From Methanobacteriota archaeon (GTDB lineage Archaea > Thermoplasmatota > Thermoplasmata > SG8-5 > JAGLSY01), in assembly GCA_020697715.1 (NCBI GenBank), contig JAEHCO010000003.1, positions 32,001-96,000 on the forward strand: 64,000 nt of DNA. Direction: 5' to 3'. Made by a program: the position numbers and the translations under genes. Position 1 is the first letter of the stretch, and every line of letters starts with the position of its first letter. The notes under the pieces are model-generated. The model saw only the letters and a list, made by a program, of their open reading frames with translations. It was not told where the DNA came from and did not search any database. Positions 1 through 9,266 of this stretch are shown here, piece after piece.

Positions 1-147
1 GAAGCTGCTGATATGGAAGTTAATAGTATAGAATCTGAAAGTGATGATAATGACGAAGCTGAGGATGATGATCTGTCAGGTAATGCTGAAGCAAAGCCAG
101 CCGTTGATATTGAGGCCGAGCCAAATGAAGAAGATAAAGAAGCATAG
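1..147 (+). CDS. 3' end of a CDS entering from the left edge (acidic low-complexity C-terminal tail)
   Basis: Frame 1 is open from base 1 to TAG at 145-147 and reads EAADMEVNSIESESDDNDEAEDDD...EEDKEA; not in the ORF track. Confidence 0.6.
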   Translation, partial: EAADMEVNSIESESDDNDEAEDDDLSGNAEAKPAVDIEAEPNEEDKEA

Positions 148-185
148 CTGAAGCTATCTCATTAAACGAACTGGTTGGATCACTA

Positions 186-581
186 TCACTCAACTTCTTC
201 TTTTTTGTGATGTTCCAGGCTTTTGATCTTGTCAACCGCATGATGCTCGGCAGCAATGATCTTCTCTTCCGCTGTGTGCGCCATATGCTTTATGTCCTGT
301 GCCATCTTTTTTGTCTTTGGCACTCTCTCAGGGGTGGCGGCGGTCCTTACGAACTTTGGAAAATACTTTAAGATGACTATGTCACCGACATGCTGGATCC
401 ATCTATATGGTACACTCACAGCCCTCGAATGCTCTACGAGCAAGGGGTTTGGGTTGCTAATGTAAAGTCCCTCTATTTTCTGGGAATCCGTTTCGATAAT
501 GAGGTCATCTATATTTCCAAGGGTAATTCCTTTGTTCGTATAGACCTCCATTCCGATATAATCACTAATCTCAGTCAGCAT
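186..581 (-). CDS. PRC-barrel domain protein
   Basis: ISDYIGMEVYTNKGITLGNIDDLIIE...VPYRWIQHVGDIVIL is a PRC-barrel pattern; ATG at 581 is preceded by a GGTGA RBS. Confidence 0.85.
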   Translation of the reverse strand: MLTEISDYIGMEVYTNKGITLGNIDDLIIETDSQKIEGLYISNPNPLLVEHSRAVSVPYRWIQHVGDIVILKYFPKFVRTAATPERVPKTKKMAQDIKHMAHTAEEKIIAAEHHAVDKIKSLEHHKKEEVE

Positions 582-732
582 ATTATCACCATCTACCTGA
601 ACCCATATGAGAATTAAGTAAATAAAGGTTTCAGATATCTTCATATTGATTTCTGTGTGAACTATAGGTGAAATTCATTGATGAGTGGGTGATTAGTGGA
701 ATATGAATATTTAGATATAATCTTCATTTAGA

Positions 733-969
733 TCATATTCGCTCGGCTATGATCTCATCTGCTCTTCTTAGCATATTTGGATACAGATCTGATGGAGCAT
801 TCTCTAGTCCAAGTTCCTTTATCACCAGGTATCTGGCACATTCTACATAATTGCCATTGCAGTATTTCTTCTTGTACATGACCGCTATACCTGGTCTTTC
901 CGCTAGCTCATCAATGAAAAAGGGGCATTTATCTGTGATCTCACACTCATTTTCTTCACGATAGGACAT
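733..969 (-). CDS. small 4-Cys hypothetical protein (paralog of 32396..32614)
   Basis: C-x5-CPFF-x18-C-x6-CARY...DLYPNM is shared with 32396..32614. Confidence 0.75.
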   Translation of the reverse strand: MSYREENECEITDKCPFFIDELAERPGIAVMYKKKYCNGNYVECARYLVIKELGLENAPSDLYPNMLRRADEIIAERI

Positions 970-1090
970 CTTCTTCCTCTATCATACACAATTGTTAACA
1001 CCATTAATATAATTTGCTGATAAAAAGCCACATAGGCCTTTGCCAAAAACAATCATTTTAATACCATTATTCTATGCCCTCTTTGATACT

Positions 1091-2380
1091 ATGCCGGCAA
1101 AAGTAATACTCGGAACTCAGTGGGGAGATGAAGGCAAGGGAAAGATCACGGACCTTACAGCTGATGAGGCCGAGATGGTTGTACGTTTTCAGGGGGGGAA
1201 TAATGCTGGCCACACCATAGTTATTGATGGTAAGACCTTCAAATTGCACCTTGTCCCATCCGGAATTCTCAGAAAAGATACGACCTCCGTTGTGGGCAAT
1301 GGTGTTGTGCTTGACCCTGCGGCTTTTCTCAAGGAACTGGACCAGCTAAAAGAGGGCAATGTGGAGATGGGCCAGCTTAAGATATCTGATAGATTACATA
1401 TCATCATGCCATATCATCGCACAATAGATGGTCTGGAAGAGGCGGCCAAAGGAAACTTAGCTGCCGGAACCACCAAGCGTGGCATCGGTCCCTGTTATTC
1501 GGATAAGACCGCTCGTTTCGGTCTGCGAATGTGCGATCTGATGGATCCCGAAGCTTTCATGCATAAACTGAAAGCCGCTTACCCGCTCAAGGCTGGCTAC
1601 ATCAAAGCACTAGGCGGAGATATCGAGCAGACCATGGATGAGATATTTGAGGAATACATGGCTCTCGCAGACAGGTTGAGACCATATGTCTGTGACGTAT
1701 CTGTTCTGATAAACGATGCGCTGGATCAGGGCAAGAATGTGCTCTTTGAAGGAGCACAGGGAACTCACCTGGATATCGACCATGGTGTTTACCCATATGG
1801 AACATCCTCATCCACTGTCACAGGAGGATGTCTTATCGGAACTGGCATCGGCCCAAAGAGACTTGACAAAGTAATTGGAATTGTCAAGGCATACACCAGC
1901 CGTGTAGGTACTGGCCCCTTCCCAACCGAGCTTTTCGATAGTGTCGGGGAGCATATCGCTGACAAAGGCGGTGAGTTCGGAACCACAACTGGTCGAAGAA
2001 GACGCGTTGGATGGCTTGACCTCGTTATGGTGGAATACGCAGTTCGTGTGAATGGACTGGATAGTCTCGTGATAACCAAATCAGATGTACTGGCTGGCAT
2101 GGATGAAATTAAAATAGCAACACATTACACGCTGGACGGTAAGGACATCCACCATTTTCCCGCCAGCATGGCGCAGGTGGCGAAGTGCGTGCCTCAATAC
2201 CACACGATGGCTGGTTGGCCTGACCTGAAAAAGGAAGAGTGGGATGCCATCGCGAGCAAAGGACGCGATGGGTTACCAGCTGGACTGGCCGCTTACATCA
2301 CTTTCATAGAAGCCAATCTGAAAGTTCCTGTTGAAATTGTCTCATATGGACCTGGCAGAGAGGAAAATATCTACCTGTGA
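1091..2380 (+). CDS. purA: adenylosuccinate synthetase
   Basis: GTQWGDEGKGK, RFQGGNNAGHT, GTTKRGIGP, EGAQG and GTTTGRRRRVGW motifs; ATG at 1091. Confidence 0.97.
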   Translation: MPAKVILGTQWGDEGKGKITDLTADEAEMVVRFQGGNNAGHTIVIDGKTFKLHLVPSGILRKDTTSVVGNGVVLDPAAFLKELDQLKEGNVEMGQLKISDRLHIIMPYHRTIDGLEEAAKGNLAAGTTKRGIGPCYSDKTARFGLRMCDLMDPEAFMHKLKAAYPLKAGYIKALGGDIEQTMDEIFEEYMALADRLRPYVCDVSVLINDALDQGKNVLFEGAQGTHLDIDHGVYPYGTSSSTVTGGCLIGTGIGPKRLDKVIGIVKAYTSRVGTGPFPTELFDSVGEHIADKGGEFGTTTGRRRRVGWLDLVMVEYAVRVNGLDSLVITKSDVLAGMDEIKIATHYTLDGKDIHHFPASMAQVAKCVPQYHTMAGWPDLKKEEWDAIASKGRDGLPAGLAAYITFIEANLKVPVEIVSYGPGREENIYL

Positions 2381-2443
2381 AGAATGAAATGAGCTTAGAG
2401 ATAAGCTTCTTGATGAGTTTCAGATATCGTATAGATGTATCTC

Positions 2444-3016
2444 TCAGTCATCCAGCACATAGGTCTGAACAACGGCTCCAAGTATGAATATCCCAATTCC
2501 AGCCAGTATTGCCAATGTTGGGTTTGATTTGATAGCTATATCTCCTGCCTCACCATTTCCAAGGCCAGTATCTTCCATCAGGATGACGAAGACAGCGACC
2601 GCGGAGAGAATACCACCAATTAGGGCTGTTATGATGCCAATGAGATCGTCCATGTAATAATATGATAAGGCAAAGACAATGACAAATATAATTATTGCCG
2701 GGATCGCCCAGCCAGCTCCTCCGATGAAATAGACGAGTCCGCCTGCTAACACTCCCGCGATCAGAGCAAGAGCTCCTTCTACAAGATAGTGGAAAAGAGT
2801 GCTTCCTATGAAACCACAGATGAATCCAATGACGATGGCGATGAGCCAGCCATCCTGGCCAAAGATCAACATCGCTATGCCGAAACCTATGAACCAGCCG
2901 ATGAAACCACCGATCATCGACATCATGGACTCCCACATGGATCTTCCGAAGAAGGCCAGTAGTATCCCTATGCCCAGTAATATCAATCCAAGTATCAGTA
3001 TAATTCCTTCAGCCAC
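2444..3016 (-). CDS. multi-pass membrane protein, DUF4203/TM198-like
   Basis: About 6-7 Gly-rich hydrophobic helices; GTG start after a GGTGA RBS. Confidence 0.6.
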   Translation of the reverse strand: MAEGIILILGLILLGIGILLAFFGRSMWESMMSMIGGFIGWFIGFGIAMLIFGQDGWLIAIVIGFICGFIGSTLFHYLVEGALALIAGVLAGGLVYFIGGAGWAIPAIIIFVIVFALSYYYMDDLIGIITALIGGILSAVAVFVILMEDTGLGNGEAGDIAIKSNPTLAILAGIGIFILGAVVQTYVLDD

Positions 3017-3103
3017 ATTTTCACCCCATTGTCAACATTGATTAACATTGTATTGTCATGGTGGCATATAAAATTAGGGGATGGGTAATGGGTACGTGGA
3101 TAT

Positions 3104-3736
3104 TTATTTCGAGCCCTTCACACTGACCTCGCCAGTGTTTTTATCCACCACGACAAGGCCGGCGGCGAACCACTGGACCACCATTGGCAAAAGGATATGT
3201 TCTTTTGCCAGTACGCGGGATTGCAAAGTCTCAGGTGTGTCGTCCTCAAGAACTGGTATCGCGAGTTGGCCTATGACCGGGCCGCCATCCACTTCCTCAT
3301 TCACGAAGTGAACCGAGCACCCGGATTCCTTTTTCCCTGCCTCCAAAACCGCTCTGTGGACATTGAGCCCGTGGAAACCCGGTCCCCCGAAATCCGGTAA
3401 AAGCGATGGATGGATATTGATGATCTTCCATTCATATCTATTTACAAAATAAGGTGTGAACATCCTGATATAGCCAGCCAGGACTATCAGATCGATATGA
3501 TGCTTGTCGATCTCGGCCGCGACAAGTTTTTCATGTTCCTCCCTGGACATGCCACGATGGTTGACCAGTATGGATTCCGCACCGTGTTTTTTCCCGCGCT
3601 CCAGGGCATATGCTCCGGGATTATTGGCAATTACGAGAGTGACCTTGCCATCGATGTCGCCACTTTCGCAGGCGTCCAGTATGGCCTGGAGGTCGGTCCC
3701 ACCGCCTGAAGCGAGTACGCAGATATTGAAACTCAT
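3104..3736 (-). CDS. purN: phosphoribosylglycinamide formyltransferase
   Basis: LASGGGTDLQA, LAGY, INIHPSLLP and GCSVHFVNEEVDGGPVI motifs. Confidence 0.95.
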   Translation of the reverse strand: MSFNICVLASGGGTDLQAILDACESGDIDGKVTLVIANNPGAYALERGKKHGAESILVNHRGMSREEHEKLVAAEIDKHHIDLIVLAGYIRMFTPYFVNRYEWKIINIHPSLLPDFGGPGFHGLNVHRAVLEAGKKESGCSVHFVNEEVDGGPVIGQLAIPVLEDDTPETLQSRVLAKEHILLPMVVQWFAAGLVVVDKNTGEVSVKGSK

Positions 3737-3887
3737 CAGGCCACCATAATGCGAGTTCGTTTAAATCTATTTTGTAATATTTGGTGATATTTGACGATAA
3801 TTAGCGGATTTCTATATGTCTTCGATAAAAAAGGTTTATATCCTATCGTGTATTTAGGCTCCAAGCTCTAAAAGGGGAGGCCAAATT

Positions 3888-4625
3888 ATGTTCAAGGCAA
3901 AGGTAAAACCCGAAGTATTGAAAGAAGTGATCGAGATCATAGCCACATTGGTGGACGAAGCGAAGTTCTCTGTAGGAAAGACTGGATTGGTTATCAAAGC
4001 TGTCGATCCTGCCCATGTCGCCATGGTGGAATTGAATATCAGCAAAGGCGGTTTTGAAGAATACAAGGCAGATGACAATGAGCTTGGCGTGGACATAGAC
4101 AAGGTCAAAGAGGTTCTAAGATTGGCCAAACCTGGTGATGACATCACCATGGAGCATAATGAAGAGAAGAGCCAGCTTGTTTTCAAAGTGGGCAATATCA
4201 CAAGAAGGATGAGCCTGGTAGATACCACTGGAATTTCAGACCCGAAGGTTCCCAATCTCACATTGCCAGTTATCGTCAGTGTCAGAACCGAGGAATTAAG
4301 GCAGGGTATCAGAGCTTCGGAAAGTGTCAGTGATCATATCGCTCTCACAGCAACCCCAGATGGCTTCGAAATGGCTTCAGAAGGAGATACAGATTCTGTA
4401 GACCTCAAGCTTCCAAAAGATCTATTGGAGAGCCTGGAGTGTAAGGAAGAAGTACGCAGTCTTTTCCCATTGGATTATTTCTCGAACATGATCAAGGCCA
4501 TCAACACTGGCACCGCGGTCACCATGAGAATGGGCAATGATTATCCGGTCAAGATCGAATTCTCGATAGCAAGTGGAAAAGGAGAAGTAACCTATCTTCT
4601 GGCTCCAAGAATAGAATCTGATTAG
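3888..4625 (+). CDS. pcn: DNA polymerase sliding clamp PCNA
   Basis: AVDPAHVAMV motif, C-terminal YLLAPRIE, 245 aa, GGAGG RBS. Confidence 0.96.
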   Translation: MFKAKVKPEVLKEVIEIIATLVDEAKFSVGKTGLVIKAVDPAHVAMVELNISKGGFEEYKADDNELGVDIDKVKEVLRLAKPGDDITMEHNEEKSQLVFKVGNITRRMSLVDTTGISDPKVPNLTLPVIVSVRTEELRQGIRASESVSDHIALTATPDGFEMASEGDTDSVDLKLPKDLLESLECKEEVRSLFPLDYFSNMIKAINTGTAVTMRMGNDYPVKIEFSIASGKGEVTYLLAPRIESD

Positions 4626-4701
4626 ATCGATCAAGCCACCTGCAAATCATTTACATTTACTTACAGCTTGAGCTTGGTCCATAGATAATTCATATTCAAT
4701 A

Positions 4702-6510
4702 TTGATATCACCATCAATACCTTTTATTACCATCAAACATTACCCGACGCGAGGCCGTATCTTGGGAGCAGTCAGACTTGGTAAGATAGCACTTCGATGG
4801 TGCATGAAATGTAATGTTCCAGTTATCGAGAAGAAGATATGCAGCAAATGCGGTGATGAGACCATTCCTGTTAATATCACGCCGCCCGGAGATTTTCGGC
4901 CGGCCTTTGATTATGATCTGGAGCTTATTCGAGCTACTGTCGATAAGCAGTTTGGAGAAGGCACTGGGGAGGAGATGCTGCCCCTTGACAAGATAGTTGT
5001 TCTCAATAAATCACCTGGCGTGGACCGTATGGACGAGGTCATTGTGGATGGCCAGGTGGTTGGCACTCATATCTACGAGCCGGGAAGAGGCTGGCGCTTT
5101 GTCATACGCATGATGGGCGCGCATTTCATACTTGACAAGTTGACCAAGGGCTGGGTGCAGGTGGACAATGGCGCAGTTCCGTCCATGAAGAAGGGATCCA
5201 GTGCGATGGCCATCGGTGTGATGGATGCAGACCCTGATATTCTGCCTGGCTATGAAGTCGTGATCTTCGATATGGATCGAGGATTGGTCGCAACAGGAAA
5301 GGCGAAGATGTCTGGCCCGGAGATGGTGGAAGTGATGAGAGGCCCAGCATTAAAGAATCGCTGGCACGATGAGATATCTGGCTTCGTTAGACCATCTGGC
5401 GGTCAGACCTGGAAGACAGCCGTGCAGGCCAATATTCCAAAGTTGGAGGAGGACATTGACCTTGCCGCGAGGAAGATACACAATACCATCAAGCGTGTTG
5501 GCAAGCCGGTAGCCGTGTCATTTTCCGGTGGAAAAGACAGCCTGGCAACTCTTTTGCTGGTGCTGGACGCGGGCATCAAGCCCAAGATAATCTTCATAGA
5601 TACTGGCATCGAGTTTCAGGAGACGCTTGATCACATTGACGAGATCATGAAGAAGCATGATCTCGAGATGCTGACCACCAAGGCTGGAGAGGCTTATTTC
5701 GATGCTGTGAAGTATTTCGGACCATCGTCCAAAGATTTCCGATGGTGCTGCAAGACCTGTAAGCTGGGACCTACCGCTGGCCTTGTTCGCGAGCACTTTC
5801 CGGATGGCGTGCTAAGTTTCATCGGCCAGCGCCAGTACGAATCCGAAGCGAGATATCAAAAAGGCGGCATCTGGGAGAACCCCTGGGTTCCTGGTCAGAT
5901 CGGCACTTCGCCAATTCAAAAATGGACTTCCCTGGAGGTCTGGCTTTACATTTTCTACAAGGAAGAGGAATATAATCCACTTTATGCAAAGGGCTTTGAA
6001 AGAATTGGTTGCTGGCTCTGCCCGGCAGCTGACATGGCCGAGCATTCGGAGATCGCCAAGTTCATGCCGCGTGCTGAAGAATGGAATACATTCCTCGAGC
6101 AGTATGCGAAGAAGAACGACCTGCCAGATGAGTGGGTCACCATGGGACTCTGGAGGTGGAAGAAACTCTCCAGAGGTATGCGGGATTATCTCCACCTGGA
6201 GAAACTGGATCATCTCATCGAGAAGCTGGACGAGTTCGAGAAGCGTGGCTACGAACACCTGGAAAATGAGGAAGTGCCAGCCGAGATGGCGGAGCGCGTT
6301 CAGACCTTTTCCATGATAACTGGCGGCGAAATTAACGGGGCAGTGATAAGGAAAGCACTGCATTGCGTTGGTTGTGGAGTTTGCCTTTCAAGGTGTGAGA
6401 ATGGCGCACTGGAATTAATAGATGGTAAAATATATTTAGATGAGGATAAATGTGTTTCTTGTGGTTTATGCCTGCATCCGTGTCCTGTTGTAGATTATCC
6501 AAGACGATAA
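4702..6510 (+). CDS. PAPS-reductase-family protein with N-terminal Zn ribbon, PUA domain and C-terminal 4Fe-4S dicluster
   Basis: CxxC...CxxC, PUA-like segment, SFSGGKDS PP-loop, RWCCKTCK, RIGCWLCP, two CxxCxxCxxxC motifs; true start probably the TTG near 4762. Confidence 0.88.
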   Translation: MISPSIPFITIKHYPTRGRILGAVRLGKIALRWCMKCNVPVIEKKICSKCGDETIPVNITPPGDFRPAFDYDLELIRATVDKQFGEGTGEEMLPLDKIVVLNKSPGVDRMDEVIVDGQVVGTHIYEPGRGWRFVIRMMGAHFILDKLTKGWVQVDNGAVPSMKKGSSAMAIGVMDADPDILPGYEVVIFDMDRGLVATGKAKMSGPEMVEVMRGPALKNRWHDEISGFVRPSGGQTWKTAVQANIPKLEEDIDLAARKIHNTIKRVGKPVAVSFSGGKDSLATLLLVLDAGIKPKIIFIDTGIEFQETLDHIDEIMKKHDLEMLTTKAGEAYFDAVKYFGPSSKDFRWCCKTCKLGPTAGLVREHFPDGVLSFIGQRQYESEARYQKGGIWENPWVPGQIGTSPIQKWTSLEVWLYIFYKEEEYNPLYAKGFERIGCWLCPAADMAEHSEIAKFMPRAEEWNTFLEQYAKKNDLPDEWVTMGLWRWKKLSRGMRDYLHLEKLDHLIEKLDEFEKRGYEHLENEEVPAEMAERVQTFSMITGGEINGAVIRKALHCVGCGVCLSRCENGALELIDGKIYLDEDKCVSCGLCLHPCPVVDYPRR

Positions 6511-6839
6511 TTTCCCTTGAACATCTTTATGAACATAAGTATCGTCAAAACAAGTATAATTATGGGAACGATGAAGAGCGGCCAGATATACCACGGCATC
6601 CCGCCCAGACCCCATGAGAATCCAAAGACAAACACAAAGGGCAGGAAACTGAAATTACTGCTCTTTTTTCTGAATAACAAACTTATGCCATAAATGAAGT
6701 AAATGACTGCGTTAATGATGAATAATATGATAAAATAGGGAGCGTCGATCAAGATAAGACCCAGGCAGTATACTGCAAAGCCAAGTGAGAGAATTCCTGT
6801 GCCTATCCGTAGCCAGTCCTTATTTCCATCCATATTCAT
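6495..6839 (-). CDS. small membrane protein (about 4 TM)
   Basis: Hydrophobic ORF whose start overlaps the ArsR stop codon. Confidence 0.55.
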   Translation of the reverse strand: MNMDGNKDWLRIGTGILSLGFAVYCLGLILIDAPYFIILFIINAVIYFIYGISLLFRKKSSNFSFLPFVFVFGFSWGLGGMPWYIWPLFIVPIIILVLTILMFIKMFKGNYRLG

Positions 6840-7204
6840 AGCCTCCCAGCCACCTTGACAGCTTCCTTTCCAGGTTTTGTCGGTGCATATATTATCCAGC
6901 TGGCCTGCCGCTGGCCATCAATAAGGCCAGCGTCCTTCAGGATATTGATGTGATAGCTGAGCTTGGAATCCGAGATCTTGGGGCCGAGCATTTCTTTGAT
7001 CAGACACACACACAAGGGTTGCTCGACAAGTGCCAGCATTATTTTTAGTCGCAGTGGGTCGGACAGAGCCTGAAAGATCTGGCTCTGTTCTTCCAGCTTT
7101 TTCTTATCTGGCAGAGCCTTGGCAATACCTTTGATGCCGCCTTTGGATTCGCACTGCTTCCTAATTGGTTCTGGTATCTCGGTATCCAGGATATCACCTT
7201 TCAA
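6836..7204 (-). CDS. arsR: ArsR/SmtB family transcriptional repressor
   Basis: FQALSDPLRLKI, LCVC metal-binding box, SKLSYHINILKDAGLI HTH. Confidence 0.9.
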   Translation of the reverse strand: MKGDILDTEIPEPIRKQCESKGGIKGIAKALPDKKKLEEQSQIFQALSDPLRLKIMLALVEQPLCVCLIKEMLGPKISDSKLSYHINILKDAGLIDGQRQASWIIYAPTKPGKEAVKVAGRL

Positions 7205-7208
7205 TATG

Positions 7209-7268
7209 ATTTCAACTTTTCTTGAAATAACTTTATATACTTCGGACTATTTCAAGTTTATTTGAAAT
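7209..7268. promoter_or_regulatory. pair of palindromic ArsR-type operators flanking a TATA-like box in the divergent promoter
   Basis: ATTTCAA-CTTTTC-TTGAAAT (7209-7228) and ATTTCAA-GTTTAT-TTGAAAT (7249-7268), 40 bp apart, with TTTATATA between them. Confidence 0.75.
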
Positions 7269-7321
7269 AACATAGACTTCGTGATATAAAAATCTGTTCA
7301 TCACGAGGGAGATGGAATAAA

Positions 7322-8278
7322 ATGGATCCGATCCTGGCATTCGCGGACTGGCTGGTGTATGGCATATTTGGGTACGAGGCAGGAACCCACGCAGGCGATG
7401 CCCTCAATTTTTTCGTGTATGATGTGATCAAAATATTCGTTTTACTAATGACCATGATCTTTCTCGTATCTTATATTCGAACCTATATAACGCCCGAGAA
7501 AGCGCGCAAGTTCCTGGGGGAACGAACGGGCATTCAATATAATTTAATGGCCGCGATGGTGGGAGTTGTAACTCCTTTCTGTTCCTGCTCCAGCGTGCCG
7601 ATTTTCATTGGATTCGTAGGAGCTGGTGTGCCCCTTGGAGTTACATTTTCCTTCCTAATTACTTCGCCCATGGTGAATGAGGCGGCTGTCGCGGTCCTTG
7701 GCGGATCAATAGGCTGGGCGGCCACCGCTGTTTATGTTATCAGTGGTGTTCTTATCGGTACTTTCGGTGGATACATCATAGGAAAATTGAAGTTAGAGCA
7801 CTTGGTCGAGGATTTCGTTTACAAGACCTTTATTGGAGAAGGCCTGGATCCCGAAACAATGGCGTGGCAGGAAAGACGCGACTGGGCATGGGGCGAGACA
7901 AAGGATATCGTTCTGAAGGTCTGGCCTTACATTCTCATAGGCGTGGGTGTCGGTGCGATATTCCATGGGTATGCACCCGAAGGGATCATGGCCCAGTATG
8001 CGGGAAAGGATAATCTGTTAGCGGTTCCGGTTGCCGTGGGTCTGGGAGTGCCTCTATATTCCAATGTCATGGGGCTCATCCCGATAGCAGAATCTTTGAT
8101 AGGCAAGGGTCTGCCAGTGGGAACCGCACTGGCATTTTTGATGTCCGTTACCGCTCTCTCCCTGCCTGAGCTGATAATCCTGAAAAAGGTACTGAAGCCT
8201 AAACTGATAATGTATTTCGTAGCTATTGTCGCCACGGGCATCATCATCACTGGCTACGTATTCAATTTGATATTATGA
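7322..8278 (+). CDS. ArsP/DUF318 family permease
   Basis: TPFCSCSSVP, FLITSP, GVPLY and ALSLPE motifs; divergent from arsR. Confidence 0.9.
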   Translation: MDPILAFADWLVYGIFGYEAGTHAGDALNFFVYDVIKIFVLLMTMIFLVSYIRTYITPEKARKFLGERTGIQYNLMAAMVGVVTPFCSCSSVPIFIGFVGAGVPLGVTFSFLITSPMVNEAAVAVLGGSIGWAATAVYVISGVLIGTFGGYIIGKLKLEHLVEDFVYKTFIGEGLDPETMAWQERRDWAWGETKDIVLKVWPYILIGVGVGAIFHGYAPEGIMAQYAGKDNLLAVPVAVGLGVPLYSNVMGLIPIAESLIGKGLPVGTALAFLMSVTALSLPELIILKKVLKPKLIMYFVAIVATGIIITGYVFNLIL

Positions 8279-8339
8279 TGAATGATAAAATGATATAGTA
8301 TATGGTAGATGACTAATAGAAAAAAGAAATAGAAAAGGA

Positions 8340-8582
8340 GTGAAAAAAATGAAGATCGAGATACTGGGATCCGGGTGTGCGAAATGCAGGACCTTGGAAG
8401 CCAATGTGAGAGAAGCCGTCAAGGAGATGGCCATAGATGTGGAGATCGTCAAGGTGGATGACTTTGCCGAGATAGCGAAACGCGGTGTCATGGTGACCCC
8501 AGCGCTTGTCGTGGACGGCAAAGTGTTGCTCAATGGAAAAGTACCCAAGGTCAGTAAGATAAAGAAACTACTGGCTCGATGA
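8340..8582 (+). CDS. small redox-active disulfide protein (thioredoxin family, MTH895-like)
   Basis: IEILGSGCAKC...GVMVTPALVVDG; start could be ATG 8349. Confidence 0.9.
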   Translation: MKKMKIEILGSGCAKCRTLEANVREAVKEMAIDVEIVKVDDFAEIAKRGVMVTPALVVDGKVLLNGKVPKVSKIKKLLAR

Positions 8583-8628
8583 TCAGCAAGCCATCTGAAA
8601 CAAAAACAAAAATAAAGGACGAGCGGCC

Positions 8629-9261
8629 ATGAAAGATAAAGTGAAAATTCATAATAAGGATAATAAGGATAAGAAGCGCAGTTCTGATAAGTCTATATCG
8701 ATAGCATTAGGATTAATTTTGATAATAATTCTATTCGCGGTCTATGTCTTAACGGATGGTACCACACAGGATCCATATGTCAATGATCCGATCTCTCCAG
8801 ATGATGTGGCCGATCCTTATGTGTTCATTCATTCTATTGGCTCAGATACTGAAGATTTTTGGTCGATCAATCCCGCCGATCATGTATTACCCGGGGGTTT
8901 TGTATCGCACCCATCCTGGGCACTGGCTGATCTGGAATCTCGGCCATTGCTCATATTCACGCATAGTGAGGGATGTGCCCCTTGCGTCACACAGACCGCC
9001 ATATGCGAGTCCATCTACGCAGACTATTCATCTGATATCAAATATTATGATATCCTATCCGGCACCGACGAACCAGAAGCCACGGAGGCCTTCACAGCAT
9101 ATGACCCGAATGGAGATCCTCATTTCGTACCTCTCACAATAGTGGTGACCAATGGGCCAGATGACTCCATTATCTGGCATAGCTGGGAAGGGGTCGTGCA
9201 GGAGTTGCCTCTGAGTGAATGGATAGACGATGCGATCGCATATCATGAGAAGTACTCGTAA
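8629..9261 (+). CDS. membrane-anchored thioredoxin-fold protein
   Basis: N-terminal TM helix, CAPC motif, cis-Pro-like FVP. Confidence 0.65.
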   Translation: MKDKVKIHNKDNKDKKRSSDKSISIALGLILIIILFAVYVLTDGTTQDPYVNDPISPDDVADPYVFIHSIGSDTEDFWSINPADHVLPGGFVSHPSWALADLESRPLLIFTHSEGCAPCVTQTAICESIYADYSSDIKYYDILSGTDEPEATEAFTAYDPNGDPHFVPLTIVVTNGPDDSIIWHSWEGVVQELPLSEWIDDAIAYHEKYS

Positions 9262-9266
9262 AGGAA

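Noticed and set aside
4702-4760. N-terminal extensions given by the ORF track (also 1040, 11845, 15051, 17271, 27299, 40217, 47476)
   Set aside because: They run through promoter-like AT-rich DNA or upstream genes; downstream starts fit the RBS and family N-termini better
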